A stretch of DNA of 64,000 nucleotides, taken from positions 283,557-347,556 of the forward strand of contig JAQGDQ010000234.1 in NCBI GenBank assembly GCA_030141605.1, given 5' to 3'. Origin of the DNA: Tubiluchus corallicola (Eukaryota > Animalia > Priapulida). The position numbers and the translations under genes are program-made. This document shows positions 1 through 12,199 of the stretch, piece by piece. Under the pieces are notes generated by a model. It did no database searches. It was not told where the DNA came from and was given only the letters and a program-made list of their open reading frames with translations. Position 1 is the first letter of the stretch; each line of letters starts with the position of its first letter.

Positions 1-487
1 ATCTACACTGACTGAGAGGTGAAATAAACATTCAATTTTCATGCAATTTTAATGAATTTAAAGCATGCCTGCTGGAACTTCATTGTTAGATTTTGGAATG
101 CAAATGTTCTCAAGTCAAGACTAATTATTCAACTAAGTTTAAAACAATCCAACAGAAAAACTAGTCTTGTGCAACATTTTATTTTTATATCAAGCTAGTA
201 GTGCCTTTGCAGGCCCATGTTGTAGAACCAGTTAACAAACTGCTCTTGAATTATTCAAGTCAACCAAAGTTTCTTATTTTAACGTTGCAAATTTGTAAAA
301 TAGACAAAAACTAAATCCCCAAAATTTAATTTTTTCAGAGTATTACTACTTCATAACAGTGACATAGCCAATATTAAAAGAAAACACCGATTTTCACATA
401 CTAGCACACATTACTAGCATCTGAAACAAGTACAACTAATGTTCAGATTTACAGACACTTCACCACCTGTTAAAAACACAAAAATAC

Positions 488-2947
488 CTTGTGGGAGTAA
501 ATAAGGCTTCCATCATCCCTGGTGATCTCACTGTGGATATCATTTAGTATTTCAACAGTTTCTGGCCAGTCCGTCAGTCGCTCTTGGGGTGTTCCTTTAT
601 TCCACAAGAAAGCCTCTGTCATACCAAGATGAAAACACAGCACCTGTTAATGATCAATCATTAATAATTTACCAACATAAGTCACAAATGTACAATATGA
701 CGTATATGTTTGTAGGTATGTCTATGTCCTGTAGAGGTCATTAATAATTTACCAACATAAATCATAAATGTATGATGAGATGTGGTTGTTTGTAGGTATG
801 ACTATGTCTTACAGAAATAGACTAATCTAACAGTTGCCCTGTTCAATAAGTAAGCAGTTTTGTTTAATAACATACACCAAATCAGTTAGTAAAAAAATTA
901 AAACATGTATTCTTGACACTCCACATTGTCGGATTTTCTGTTACTCAATATTTAAATAATAATCTTGAAAATAAGTGCATGAAATTTCCATAAAATATGT
1001 ACAGCTTTTACGAATAATAGTTTCAGGTAACAAACCATACAGCCACTGAACCACACACATCATTTTAAAGGTTTCGTCACTGTGCAAATAAATGTAAACT
1101 TCTAATTTTTAAAACCTTCTCTCTGATTCACAGAGTAATGTGCTTCAAGTTTTCTCGTCTTTTCGTAAAAATTAATACACACCAAAATATCTAATATTTA
1201 ATGCTTAATATCATCCTAATTCTATCCAAAGCAGCTCTCCAGTGAACCAAACAATTTGAAGTAGAATTACTTGTTCACTCATGTCAGACCACTTGCTTTG
1301 CAGTTGCTACTCACTAGAGAAAAATTATTATAATTTTGCATTCTACACTCATATCTCGGTTTGCCGGATTTCGCTTTTACAGATACTGGAAGAATCAGAC
1401 AAAATCCAGACCGTTAAAAGTTCAGCCTACTACAGACACAGTTTGCTGTTTCACGAGCTAACCGCTAGCTGGCGGGCCGCCACATTGTTTACATCGTTAC
1501 GTCAGTGTAACCAAGCAGCATGTAATGACATGTGTGTAGCTTGTATGTCAGCGTGTTTAAGTGGTTTATAGTCAATTATGCGGAGTAATTTGAGTCAATT
1601 GCCGACAGTTTTTATATACTTTAGCATAGGAGTGGCCTGTACTAGACGTTTTTGAGACAATTAAAAGATTGCTTCTGCATTGCGTGAGTCTAATATGCAG
1701 CACCTACTGTATTAGCATAGTATCGGCAAATACGGACAATTGGCAGATTCGGACCTAGGTCTCCCCGCTTTTGTTCGGCAAACTCAGATTTCAGCCTATA
1801 TGCAATGACTACATGAAATGCTAATGGTGGCAAGTCAATGTGTTTTCAACAAATTTACCCACCTTCTTCTTTGTAATTGGATGTGAATAGATCAACGGAT
1901 GATTCACTCTTGCTCGCCTGTCACTGCACATATAAAGTCTTTCCCACTTTTTCCTCTTTTCCTTGTCGAGGCCGACAATTAACTCATTCAGCGGAACAAA
2001 CACTGAAATTTGAAAAAAATAACATTTTACATATAACACAAACTAGTGTAGCACAGCTTATAAGTTAATCTCTTCTGCTATGCTCATAGAACTGCAACGC
2101 ATTGTTAATTTGTAATTGTATAACTTGTATTTTGTTGTATTGTACTAAATGGATGAATAAATAAATCTAAAATCTAAATCTAAACTCCTTCTTAGGGGAC
2201 ATGGTTTCTTTAAAAAGCCGGAAATGTTTTACAGTTTTTGTAAGTAGAATATGGGAATTGTTTTTAAATCAATACAGCAAAGTTGCTAAATACCAGTGTC
2301 TCCAATTTTTGGCACAGACACCATGTGATACAGAGCGTAACTGAACGGTGCCAGTTGAAAACTTCCGTCCACATGCCAACCAGTTCTACCAACACCGGTG
2401 CAACCCTCTTCTGGATCATTGGACACCCTGAAAACGTCTGGATGAGGTGACTTGTGATGCTTGTAGAATGTTGATTCTGGCTCACCAAACCATCTTCCAA
2501 TTTCAACGTGTCTGTCGCCACTCACAGTACCTATAGTACACAAAAATTTATAACATTTTTATACTGTTAATGCAATATCATTTCATAACCACTAAAATGC
2601 AATTTCAAGCTAACTCAAAAGAACAATAAGAGAAATCACTTGTCGAAATATGAATACTGTAACAAAGCACAGCAAAGTTCAACAAGCATTACACTTTCAT
2701 TAGAAAATTTAAAAAGTGCTCAAATTGCAAAAGCCAACTTCAACCACAATTTAATGTGACACAATAACTCAAATAAAACAATGTAAACCACTAACCTTGA
2801 TCTTTGAATATAAGCATTCTGTGCACAGCCACATCATGTTTTATTTGTTGAATGACATCTGGAGGCACATGCTCTTTCAAGTCCAAGCCGCGCACATCTG
2901 CACCCAGTCGCAGTGGCTTAAGGTGGTACGGAGCACCTGTGGACATC
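488..2947 (-). CDS. TauD/TfdA-family Fe(II)/2-oxoglutarate-dependent dioxygenase, multi-exon, 3' end outside the window
   Basis: Exons 2947-2796, 2530-2294, 2002-1863, 643-488 have GT-AG boundaries and join in one frame: MSTGAPYHLKPLRLGADVRGLDL...HRMLIFKDQ-GTVSGDRHVEIGRWFG...GWHVDGSF...GDT-VFVPLNELI...HPLIYSHPITKKK-VLCFHLG...YSHK. Matches TauD hallmarks: LGA.V.G.DL, L.F.DQ, HxD iron motif (WHVD), GDT, HPL...HP.T. Confidence 0.88.
658..815. repeat. Two-copy tandem duplication, ~80-bp period, intronic
   Basis: tcattaataatttaccaacataa...tttgtaggtatg.ctatgtc begins at 658 and again at 738. Confidence 0.85.
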
Positions 2948-3879
2948 CTACAAACAGGTGTTACAAAAGGCACTTGAGCTGAACATGCCTTTGCAATAAA
3001 CTGACTTTGCAAATGTCAGTGGTTAAAACCATTTTCTGAACAACATTCTCAATGCCAATAAGACTAAAAATTATTACAAAATTCAGGGATTGTCCATGTT
3101 GACATCAAGCACTATCAAAGCTGTTTAATTTCAAACCTTACAAAATGCTACATTTTAAAGGGAAATGTTTAGTTTTCAACTAAGTAACAATTAAACTGTG
3201 CATTAATGTTTTGTGTTGATAAAAATGAAATTAAAATGACTAATGACGTATTATGCAATGTATAACACATGACAACACTGGCTATGTTTATGCAAGAGGG
3301 TGTTACTGATCAATCACATAATTCCTCTTGAACAGTCTGCAAGAGAATTTTGTAAATGCTGAAGGTGAGATAAAACAAAATATTGTATTTCTCAGGAGAA
3401 ATGGCACGAGATGAGAATTAATAAGACGCAACGTTGAAGGTTTAACTGATGAAGGGACTAAATGCTATGCTTGATTACCATGAATACTATATTCTCTAGA
3501 TTAAATCATAATTACATTCTATGTTAAATTTGTTCAGTAATCCAACAATAACAAAATGAGCATTGCCACAATGCATTTCAGTTACATGGTTATAAACTAA
3601 TCCAAAATGCGAAGCACTGGGTTACAGGCTTTTATGGTCTTTTCTGCCCAACTGCCAGAATATGTTGTTTAGAGCTCTATTTACTGTTGTCATGGAAAGT
3701 GCTACCATGACAAAGTGTATGGCCAAGGTTTAGCTTTCTAGCTGCTGTACAAGTGAGCTAAGGCCCTTTAAAATGACTAACAAAACCCCAGAGAGCTTTC
3801 ATCATTTTGACATCAATGCTCTCTATACTTACAGCCCATTCCAGACAAGGTACAGCTTTTCTCTTATCCTTTCATTCAC

Positions 3880-3968
3880 TCACTCTCTCTCTTTCTCTCT
3901 ACTTTCATCTCTCTCTCATCCTCTCCTCTTAATTTTCTCACACTCACACTCTCTCACTGCCCCTCTCG
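3880..3968. repeat. Degenerate (CT)n/CA microsatellite
   Basis: cactctctctctttctctctactttcatctctctctc... Confidence 0.7.
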
Positions 3969-5417
3969 TTCTAGTTGATTGTCTATTAAGCTTTGCCCAT
4001 CAAATTCGTTATTAAACTATTAAGCCAAGCTTAGGTCGACCTGAGATGCAATGCAACTTGCCTCAACTGACAGGAAACAATCGTAGACACACACTCAGGT
4101 TGAGTGCGACTGATCTGCAGCAACTGCTCAGAACATACGAGTTCCCGTGAGTGGACACTTTTTCTACTGAAACAATACTTAATGGTTTAAAAATCTGTTA
4201 TATTTTAAACGGAAATTTTTCTAAAAGCAAATGCCTATGTGTCTCCAGGGCACGATGATCAAGATGAAACAAAAAATTGGTTGAAACGATGGTAATAAGC
4301 TAATCATTAACAGATAATATATAAGCATTTATAGTTGCCATAGTATCCAAATCTGTGAAAATTGGTATGCATAGTTGGCCTCACATGTAAATTTTGTATT
4401 ACAAGGATGAGAACAACATAATGGCAAAGTGAAGTTAATGAACAGCTCTATAGCTCTATAGAGTTATAAGCAAGCAAGTGAGCCGACAATGTGAAAACTC
4501 TAGAAATGGACAAGACAAATTCTCAAAGATAAGAGATGAGAGTTACAACCCCTTTGTTGTTCTGTGTTTAGTTATTTTGGCAAACTACAGATGTATATAT
4601 GTTAAAAAAATGTCTGTGTTGACAGAGAAATTTTTATCAAAGCACTCTGAAGGGATCGATTTTTAAAAATAAACACTGAACTACTTAAACTTGAATGTGA
4701 AACATTTAAAATTTCATTTTTAATTGTACAGCTGTGCTCAATGGGAGCCCATTTAGGAAGTTTTGTATCGCATGTAAAGTGTTCCTTTTGTCAGAATTAC
4801 AACACTCAGCCCCTATATTTCATTTATAGGAAAAGTTCTTTTTGTACAATTATTAACAGTAGGAGCCTCCAATAAGCTGGAAATGTCTTGGCTTGAAAGT
4901 TGAAGCATATGCATGCATAAAAACACCTGAATAAGAAATACTTGAAAAAATAAGTTTATTAAATACTTTTACACAACTGTAATATTAAGAAATGTCCAAA
5001 ATATCACATGAAAATTAAGGTAAAAGAATAAATTTCATATCAAACGCTTTTGTCGATGCTGTAAGTTATAGGAGCTACTCACAAACTTACTGACAATTGA
5101 TAAGCTAGCTTCATAAGATATAAAATGTTTTAAAAAAATACTGGGCAATGCAATGTGCCAGTGGTATATATTGATCCAACCTGCTTTTCACCTAACTAGT
5201 GGTAAGAGCAGACAGGGGATATAAATCTATATTAAAAATTTGGGTGGTAACTTGTTGTTGTTGGACTGAAACAACTATGTCACTGAATACTTTTCAGGAA
5301 AAAAATACTGTGTACAGTATACATCATGTCACACGATGATGAGCTTGCCTAGTCTATGATGTCAATTAAAACAAGTTTGATGTTAACTGGCCATATATTA
5401 ACAGAATGATTACTCAT

Positions 5418-6689
5418 TCATCTAAACAATCTATTAGGTCTGTTACAATACCTTTTATAGCATGCCAATGAGCATAAAATAGCAGTTACTGGTACACGCA
5501 TATTACCATGGTCATTGATTGAAGCTACATTACGAGCAATGTGTCTTACATCTACAGTCAATGTACGTTTCATGCATGTTTCAAAGCATGACCAGCCACA
5601 CAAGCACATCTTAGCAGAATCTAAATAATGACACAAAAATAAAGGAAGCGTCTCTACTGAACAGAAAATCTCATATTTTTTCACGAGTCTTGCTGCAATT
5701 TCAGTCAATGTTGGAATGTTTAATACTGGTGCTTCTGTGCCTTCATCTACACTATCGTCTGCTAGATGAAAAGGATTGCCATACAGATCTAATGTCTCTA
5801 AATGTAAATGAATTATACTGCCCGGCAAAGATGTCAACTGATTATGCAAACACATGAAGAATTGCAGACTCATCAAATTACCTATATTCTTAGGCAACTC
5901 AGTCAGCATGTTGTGACTTAGTCTGAGTGTAACAAGACTTTTGAGCTCGCAAATCTCATCTGGAAGAGTTTGCAATTGATTGTTGCTCATATCTAAACAA
6001 CAAAGTGATTTCTTCAACGAATTTGCAATGCATAGTTCGACTGGAAATGTCTCAATCTGATTATTCTGCAGGTACAGCTCTGCTAAATTTGTCAAACTAT
6101 TTAGCTCTATGGGTAGAACTTTGATCTCATTGCTGCTTAGATCTAAGAAAGTCAAATTTTTCAACTTTGGAATTCTTGTGTCAAATCGTTTAAGATTACA
6201 CATGTTTATTCTAAGAGTTCGTAACTGTGAGGGAAAGCCCGTCGTAAGGGGATAATCTTTCCGAGACGTGATAACCAGCTTAGTCTTTGGCTTTGTCACC
6301 TGAGCACTGGACGCTGGCTTTAAACTCGACAGTTTCACTTTACTCAGTTCACTTCCTTGCAAGCTAAGTTTTAACGCAGACAGAAATCCCTTGAGTTGTA
6401 TCTTATCTGCATCACTAATAATTAGATCATGAGGCGGATCCTTAAAACTGATAGTGGCTTTGCCTTCATCTACAAACTTTGTAAACACCTGGGGTATGTT
6501 ACCCTGAACTTTGTATTTTGTTCCATTCTTATTCTGCATGTTGCAAACTAAGATAAACAAAGTTCTCGTCTCTGAAGATGAACTGGCATGGCGCCCCAAA
6601 GACAAAGATGTGTGAATTTTCCGCTTAGTGGAGAAGCCAAGAGATGGCAATTCCCTATTGCTAATTTGCACGCTGCACTTGATGCGCAT
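5418..6689 (-). CDS. LRR1: Leucine-rich repeat protein 1 (PPIL5), CRL2 substrate receptor for replisome unloading; single coding exon
   Basis: 423-aa ORF. N-terminal PH-like domain (VFTKFVDEGKATISFKDPPHDL), LVITSRKDYPLT.GFP, LRR array, BC box (PTLTEIAARLV), Cul2 box (LPLFLCHYL), C-terminal CxCG..C and CS..C. Splice acceptor for the exon at 6766; AATAAA on - strand at 4955-4960. Confidence 0.93.
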   Translation of the reverse strand: MRIKCSVQISNRELPSLGFSTKRKIHTSLSLGRHASSSSETRTLFILVCNMQNKNGTKYKVQGNIPQVFTKFVDEGKATISFKDPPHDLIISDADKIQLKGFLSALKLSLQGSELSKVKLSSLKPASSAQVTKPKTKLVITSRKDYPLTTGFPSQLRTLRINMCNLKRFDTRIPKLKNLTFLDLSSNEIKVLPIELNSLTNLAELYLQNNQIETFPVELCIANSLKKSLCCLDMSNNQLQTLPDEICELKSLVTLRLSHNMLTELPKNIGNLMSLQFFMCLHNQLTSLPGSIIHLHLETLDLYGNPFHLADDSVDEGTEAPVLNIPTLTEIAARLVKKYEIFCSVETLPLFLCHYLDSAKMCLCGWSCFETCMKRTLTVDVRHIARNVASINDHGNMRVPVTAILCSLACYKRYCNRPNRLFR

Positions 6690-8338
6690 TTTGAAGTTAA
6701 AATAGATCTCTGATAACCAGCTGGTATCACTTTCAAAGCACGGCTTTTGATAATAACCTGGTAAACCTGAAAAACACCAGGAAACTATTTAGATGATTCT
6801 AATCACTACTTCAACATTTTGCATGCTGAAAATTATGTCATACTTTGTGAGAAAGAGTACATGCAGGTATAACCAAGCTGCCTCTGGTCATCCATACCTG
6901 ATGTAATGATGTTTGCTGTTGAGATAACAAGAGTTGAACGTCAATAAATTGATGCATCAATGGTAGATTGATGTGTTTTCAGTGAAGTGTTTCAGACAAA
7001 AAGTGCCTATTTTCGTTATCATCCACACGACCTTGACTAGCGACTATTGAGTTTTGTCTGATCTAATTCTCTACGTAAATTCTCTATCGCAGTACATCAA
7101 GAAAGGCATCTCGTTAGACACCAAGAAATATATAAGGAAGACTAAAGCCTTTATCAAGATTGCTTCAAGAGCATATATAAGTTCAAAAGCAGATATTACA
7201 CATAATACTTACACTAGTAGCACATCACTTGACATTTCCTACACCTTTTAATAGGACAAGATAAAAAATTGCTTGACGATGCGGTTCATTTTAGTAACAG
7301 ATCCTGCTGACTGGGTGTCAAGTACTGCTTATTTATCTGTAAGCACATTTAGGGTTGCCCAATCATATTGTTTGAACAAAACTAAAAATAAACCAAACTT
7401 TTCCTAAAAGATCAAAGTTAAATCAAGGAAAAGCTAAATGCTTTTAAAAACATACTTCAGGTTGTATTTTACAAAGTTGTGCATTTTGAGTAATGAAATG
7501 TGCAGTAGGGCTACTATAAATAATATTATAGCAGGGCTCAAAAAATCGGTTGCCCAGGACAACTATTTATATTGGGCTATTGAAATAATTTAGTTAGTAC
7601 TCCGTTCGGCTGTCTACATTTAAGATCTCTAAATGCATCGTGGTATGCGAAATACCGTTTTTCAGCACTGCACAATACAACTCTTTCCTGATCGATATTG
7701 TAAGGTTAATTAACGTCATACAGCGTACATTCGCATATGCACCTCACAAAAGAAAAATTAACTATTTACAGACAGTTAGGATTTTTGATTCGGTCTCTTA
7801 ACCTCCCAAGTCTGGTTCTGGTTCCCACGGCGCCAGAGAGAATCCAGCATTAGAACAATTGCAAGAACTACAATGTTATAAAGGCAGATTTTGTCCCACA
7901 AAATGTCAAGTGTAGGTGCTATAGATTATGGGTGAGAATTTTTGGGTGATGAGATTCAATGACGTTGGGAGAAATTTCATTTCAATTTTCTTTTATTCTG
8001 TATCTTCAATTCAATTACATTCAGTTTCATAGTTAAGTATATGCTATGTAAATATTGTAAATATATGTAATTTTGTACGTCACATAACACACCACTGTTA
8101 TAATTCATGCACCTTAAAGAAGGGTAGCTTCCTCGAAACTGCTTACAGTTATGATACCAACACTTAAGCCACTCTTATTATCAATGTTGTACATTATACA
8201 TTTTTGATTTGCACGTGTGAAATAAATTGTTCTTATGTCTCATAATGTCTGTGCTTTACTGCTAAACAAATTTTAGTTTCAGAATTCCTGTACGACTAAA
8301 ACAAATAAAAACAATGCACACTTGACTTGGACTTACTC

Positions 8339-9070
8339 GGCGCTATTACACTTTCGCACCGCCTAGCTTTTTCTAGGTTATTGCTCGTTTCTAGGCTCGT
8401 ACATCATCATTCTATTATTCTTACGTCATCAGTGAATGTTTCCGCTAATCTAATTGTAATTTAATCATATATTTAGGTATAATTACCAATAATTACGCTG
8501 TATTCACAGTTCTACACCTATACAGGGTGTATCGCCATCTTGTTTGTGTGTGTAGTCACGTGACGAATTTCGTACTAGTTTATGCATTATCAGGGCCTAG
8601 CTTAAAAGCACGTGACACACTTTCATCTTCACCGCATTTACGAAATAAAGAAAAAACCTTAACTTTTTTATAATCTAATAGTAATAATACTACAGTAATA
8701 AATAAAATTAATGATAAATAACTGTTCCGTTCCAGGCGCACCCGCGATACGATACAAACTCCCCGTAGATGCAACCATAATAATCATAAATTATGCGAAG
8801 AAACTAAAAATGCATGTTAAGGGCCACATCGTCACTACGCAAGAGCGATTGCGCATTTGTGGTGTAAACACGGTTATTCACGTGCAGCTTTTTGCGTAAT
8901 GGCGGCGATAAGTAATGTATGATTTTAATCTGGAATTATAAAGCGTAAAAAGCACTAATATTATGGGAATATGGTGTATATTACCCCTGTTGGTCTGCTT
9001 TCTGGCATGCAGGCGTGAAAAGAACCAATAGGCCAGGAAAAGCTAGGCAGTGCGAAAGTGTAATAGCGCC
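8339..9070. mobile_element. Non-autonomous TIR element with 9-bp TSD (Mutator/MULE-like)
   Basis: TIR ggcgctattacactttcgcac.gcctagctttt at both ends; TSD gacttactc at 8330-8338 and 9071-9079. Confidence 0.85.
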
Positions 9071-9472
9071 GACTTACTCTATAGACTATATATTTCAATA
9101 TTTCAACTTACTCTGCAAGTATGTTACTTGTTAGTAAATTTTGTGATAGGCCTAGTGCAGCAGCCCGTCAGCTGAGAAGACAAAAAGAGAGCCTGATTGA
9201 TCATTACAAGATGGACTCCCGCTAGTTGATTGACGTTTTTCCCAATTTCTAGATCAAGAGCCCTGCATAAGCAAGCGCATCTTGCTGCACAAACCGTCAC
9301 CATGACCACTCAAGTTTGTTAAAATTCTATCACAAGTTTGACAAAATTTTCACAATTAGCTAGTCGGCTACAATATCACTGACCCAAAAACGATCTTGAA
9401 AAAAATTGGAATTTTTATTACCTGAATACTTTCGAAATAACTTTGTTCTTCACTCTTCTCATACCATCGCTA

Positions 9473-10914
9473 CTGTAGGGCGCCGAGTAACCCACTAGCC
9501 GAAGTAGGACACTTCCGGTAAAAAGCATGTGCTAAATTTGCGGGAAAGCAGTGTCGTACATGGGCAGCCCAAGTACGTAACTGGCGATTTTTGACGAGAA
9601 TCGAGAAGTATGATGACATAGTAAAACATAAAACTAAATTTGTTTTAGGAAGAAAGTAACTTTATAGTCCTTGACAATTTACAAAATTAATGTATTTTTT
9701 CAATAGTATCATCAGCATTATTAGTTCCATTAAATCATTATAAAATTAAATGACTAATGCTTTAAAGAGAGAAACTATGCACACAGTTATTACAGAAATC
9801 ATTGCAAGTTTGAAAATAAGACAGATACTGCTAAACCTTCACAACACAAAAAAGTAATTTTCAATATTTAGGAAAAGCAAAAACAATTAGTTTTAATAAT
9901 ACTGTTACAGTGGCACCTGGATCGGGTCAGGTGTAGGGCCCCTACACGCCCTGCTTCCACGTCAACAGCGACTCGCCCCTTTCTTGTAGGTCCAGACGTC
10001 TTGTTTGGGCCTACATGTGGTGTGAGAAGCCAGCTGACCTGGAATGCCAGTATAAAAGCGTGTAGAGGTCACTACAGCCTTGATTTTTGACACAGGTGCC
10101 CCTCAGGTGTAGTGCTGTTACTGAGTTAGTTAGTTATTTTTTTGTGCACATGTATTTTGTTCCCTATTTTTATTAGTTCTGATATTAAACTCCGTACAGT
10201 GTAGTTTCTGTGTATTTTATTTTATGAGAGCTAAATGACATGCTATAACAGGTATATGGTACTAGTTTACAGACATTAACTTAGTTAATTGGCATAACAT
10301 TTGTGATTAAAATTAACATTTGTAGTTAAGCAATCAGTTACACAACGATAGCAAAATGGATCTTCATGATGCACAATATCAAGAGACCGCCATGCCATCC
10401 TGGAGGTCGGCCCCCTGAGTCGAATTCAGTCCAATATCAATAGAATTGTAACACGTAGGGTGCTGTCGTACATGGTTCGCTAGCCCATGTAGGGCACATA
10501 GATAGCTAGAACGTTTACTTAGGAGGAAGCAATTATTTGTCCGATAGGTAGCGAAATAGATTGCTTGTCTGTGAAGCGAGACATAATAAAAAATGATACC
10601 TTAGACAAACGTCAAAATCGCTAAAAAGTGAGTTTATTTCACTTCAACAACATTAATATCGAGACCAAATTTAATATTGTCCGTTCTACCAGCTCAGAAT
10701 AAAATTCTTTTATTTTATCAACTGTATAATAAATTATTCAACGTCTATTGATGTTTTTAATTATTATTATTATTATTACATAAACAAGGACAGCAGACGG
10801 TGCCAGTATGTATAACTCATTAGTGCTAGTCCTACGTACGATGCGTCCTACTTGGGTTAGCCCATTTACGCCAATTGTCCTACTTTGGCTAGTGGCTCAC
10901 TCGGCGCCCAACAG
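9473..10914. mobile_element. Inverted-repeat-bounded element (probable non-autonomous DNA transposon) at the LRR1/SASS6 divergent junction
   Basis: Left ctgtagggcgccgagtaacccactagccgaagtaggaca vs reverse complement of right end ctgttgggcgccgagtgagccactagccaaagtaggaca (~39 bp); flanked by cta on both sides; internal subterminal repeats (tgtcgtacatgg twice; gcgatttttgacg / cgtcaaaatcgc). Confidence 0.7.
9903..10250 (+). mobile_element. Probable solo LTR
   Basis: TGTTA...TAACA inverted termini, TATAAAAG at 10051, ATTAAA near 10184; no clear direct TSD. Confidence 0.45.
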
Positions 10915-12199
10915 CTACAACAACTTCTAATGCGAAGTTGAAAAAGAGCAACTAGGTTGCAGGAACAAGTGAAATTCGTCATTTTATGCTACATTGTTTA
11001 TAATAATTACTAAGAAAATCTGATTGTAGATACCGTAGCAGTTCCTTTATAGCATATTATCATAGTGCGCATGCTTAGCAACAATATAACTGCGCTATCT
11101 AGTGTACGTTTATACATTTACCGCCTAATGTCAGGTAAAACTAGCTCTTGCATTGTTGCTCTGATCAGTGGCTCTAATTTGCGGCTCAAACTTGCTAATT
11201 ATGAACTGCCACATATTAGAAGTCATGCTAATAATAAATTTCATAATTTTACAAATAAGGAGAACTGAAAATAATCTTCCAGGTTTTCAGTATTAATACA
11301 CTGTGGACCGTAGCTCTCTGCTGAATGTTGATAGACCACTGTAATGGCTTTTAACGTAAATTTAATTTGTAAAATTAATAGAAAGAATGTACAATTGTTA
11401 TTATGCTGTTCTGTACTCTACAGGTGCCTATGACTTTGAAAGTTGAAGTAAGATTAGATTAAAATTGCTCATTTAATTCCCTTAAGTTTTACAGCACACG
11501 AGAGACATAATAATAATTTTGACAATGATTTATTTACAAACTAATAAGTGTTTGTTAGTAGCCTACTTGGTGTTAAAAAGAAGATATGGTGTCAAGTAAG
11601 CTATGTATTTTCTTGACTTTCATAAAAATGATTTCTCTGAGGATCAGTTGTCGGTCAGTTTATGTGATTATACTGATCTTAATTATAGCACAAAGAACAC
11701 TCTTCGTAAATGAAGCTTAAAAAGTTTCATCTTGAAATTTTATATTACTTATTCCGACTTAAATTATCATGTTGCAATAACACTGTGTAAACCTTGTAGA
11801 TTTAAACTTCCACGATGATCATTAGGCACAGCCATTTTAAGGCTAAATTGTGTGAAACAAATTCAGGTAACACGTACTGCATCTCAATCATTTGTAGCAT
11901 ACTTCGCTAACTAAGCAAAAGTTTAAATTACTTTATATTGTTAATGCAATCAATAATATGTTTTTTGGTGAATCAGTGGTACACACTGAGATGACGATGT
12001 ATTGAAGTATTAATTGCAGTTTTACCAGGTAGCACAACTATTTTAAATAAATTTAATTAAGAATATTCCTTTTCAGTTACAGAAGTTTTTCAAAAAGGTA
12101 AGCATAATGCTAAGTAGTACACCTTTGTCTGGGACGTTCTTTGGGATATACTTTAAAACTTCTGTTTCTTTATCCTTCAGATTATTACTATTTGTTGTC

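Noticed and set aside
4180-4900. Possible old DNA-transposon body between the dioxygenase and LRR1
   Set aside because: TE-like texture but no TIR pair or TSD could be identified
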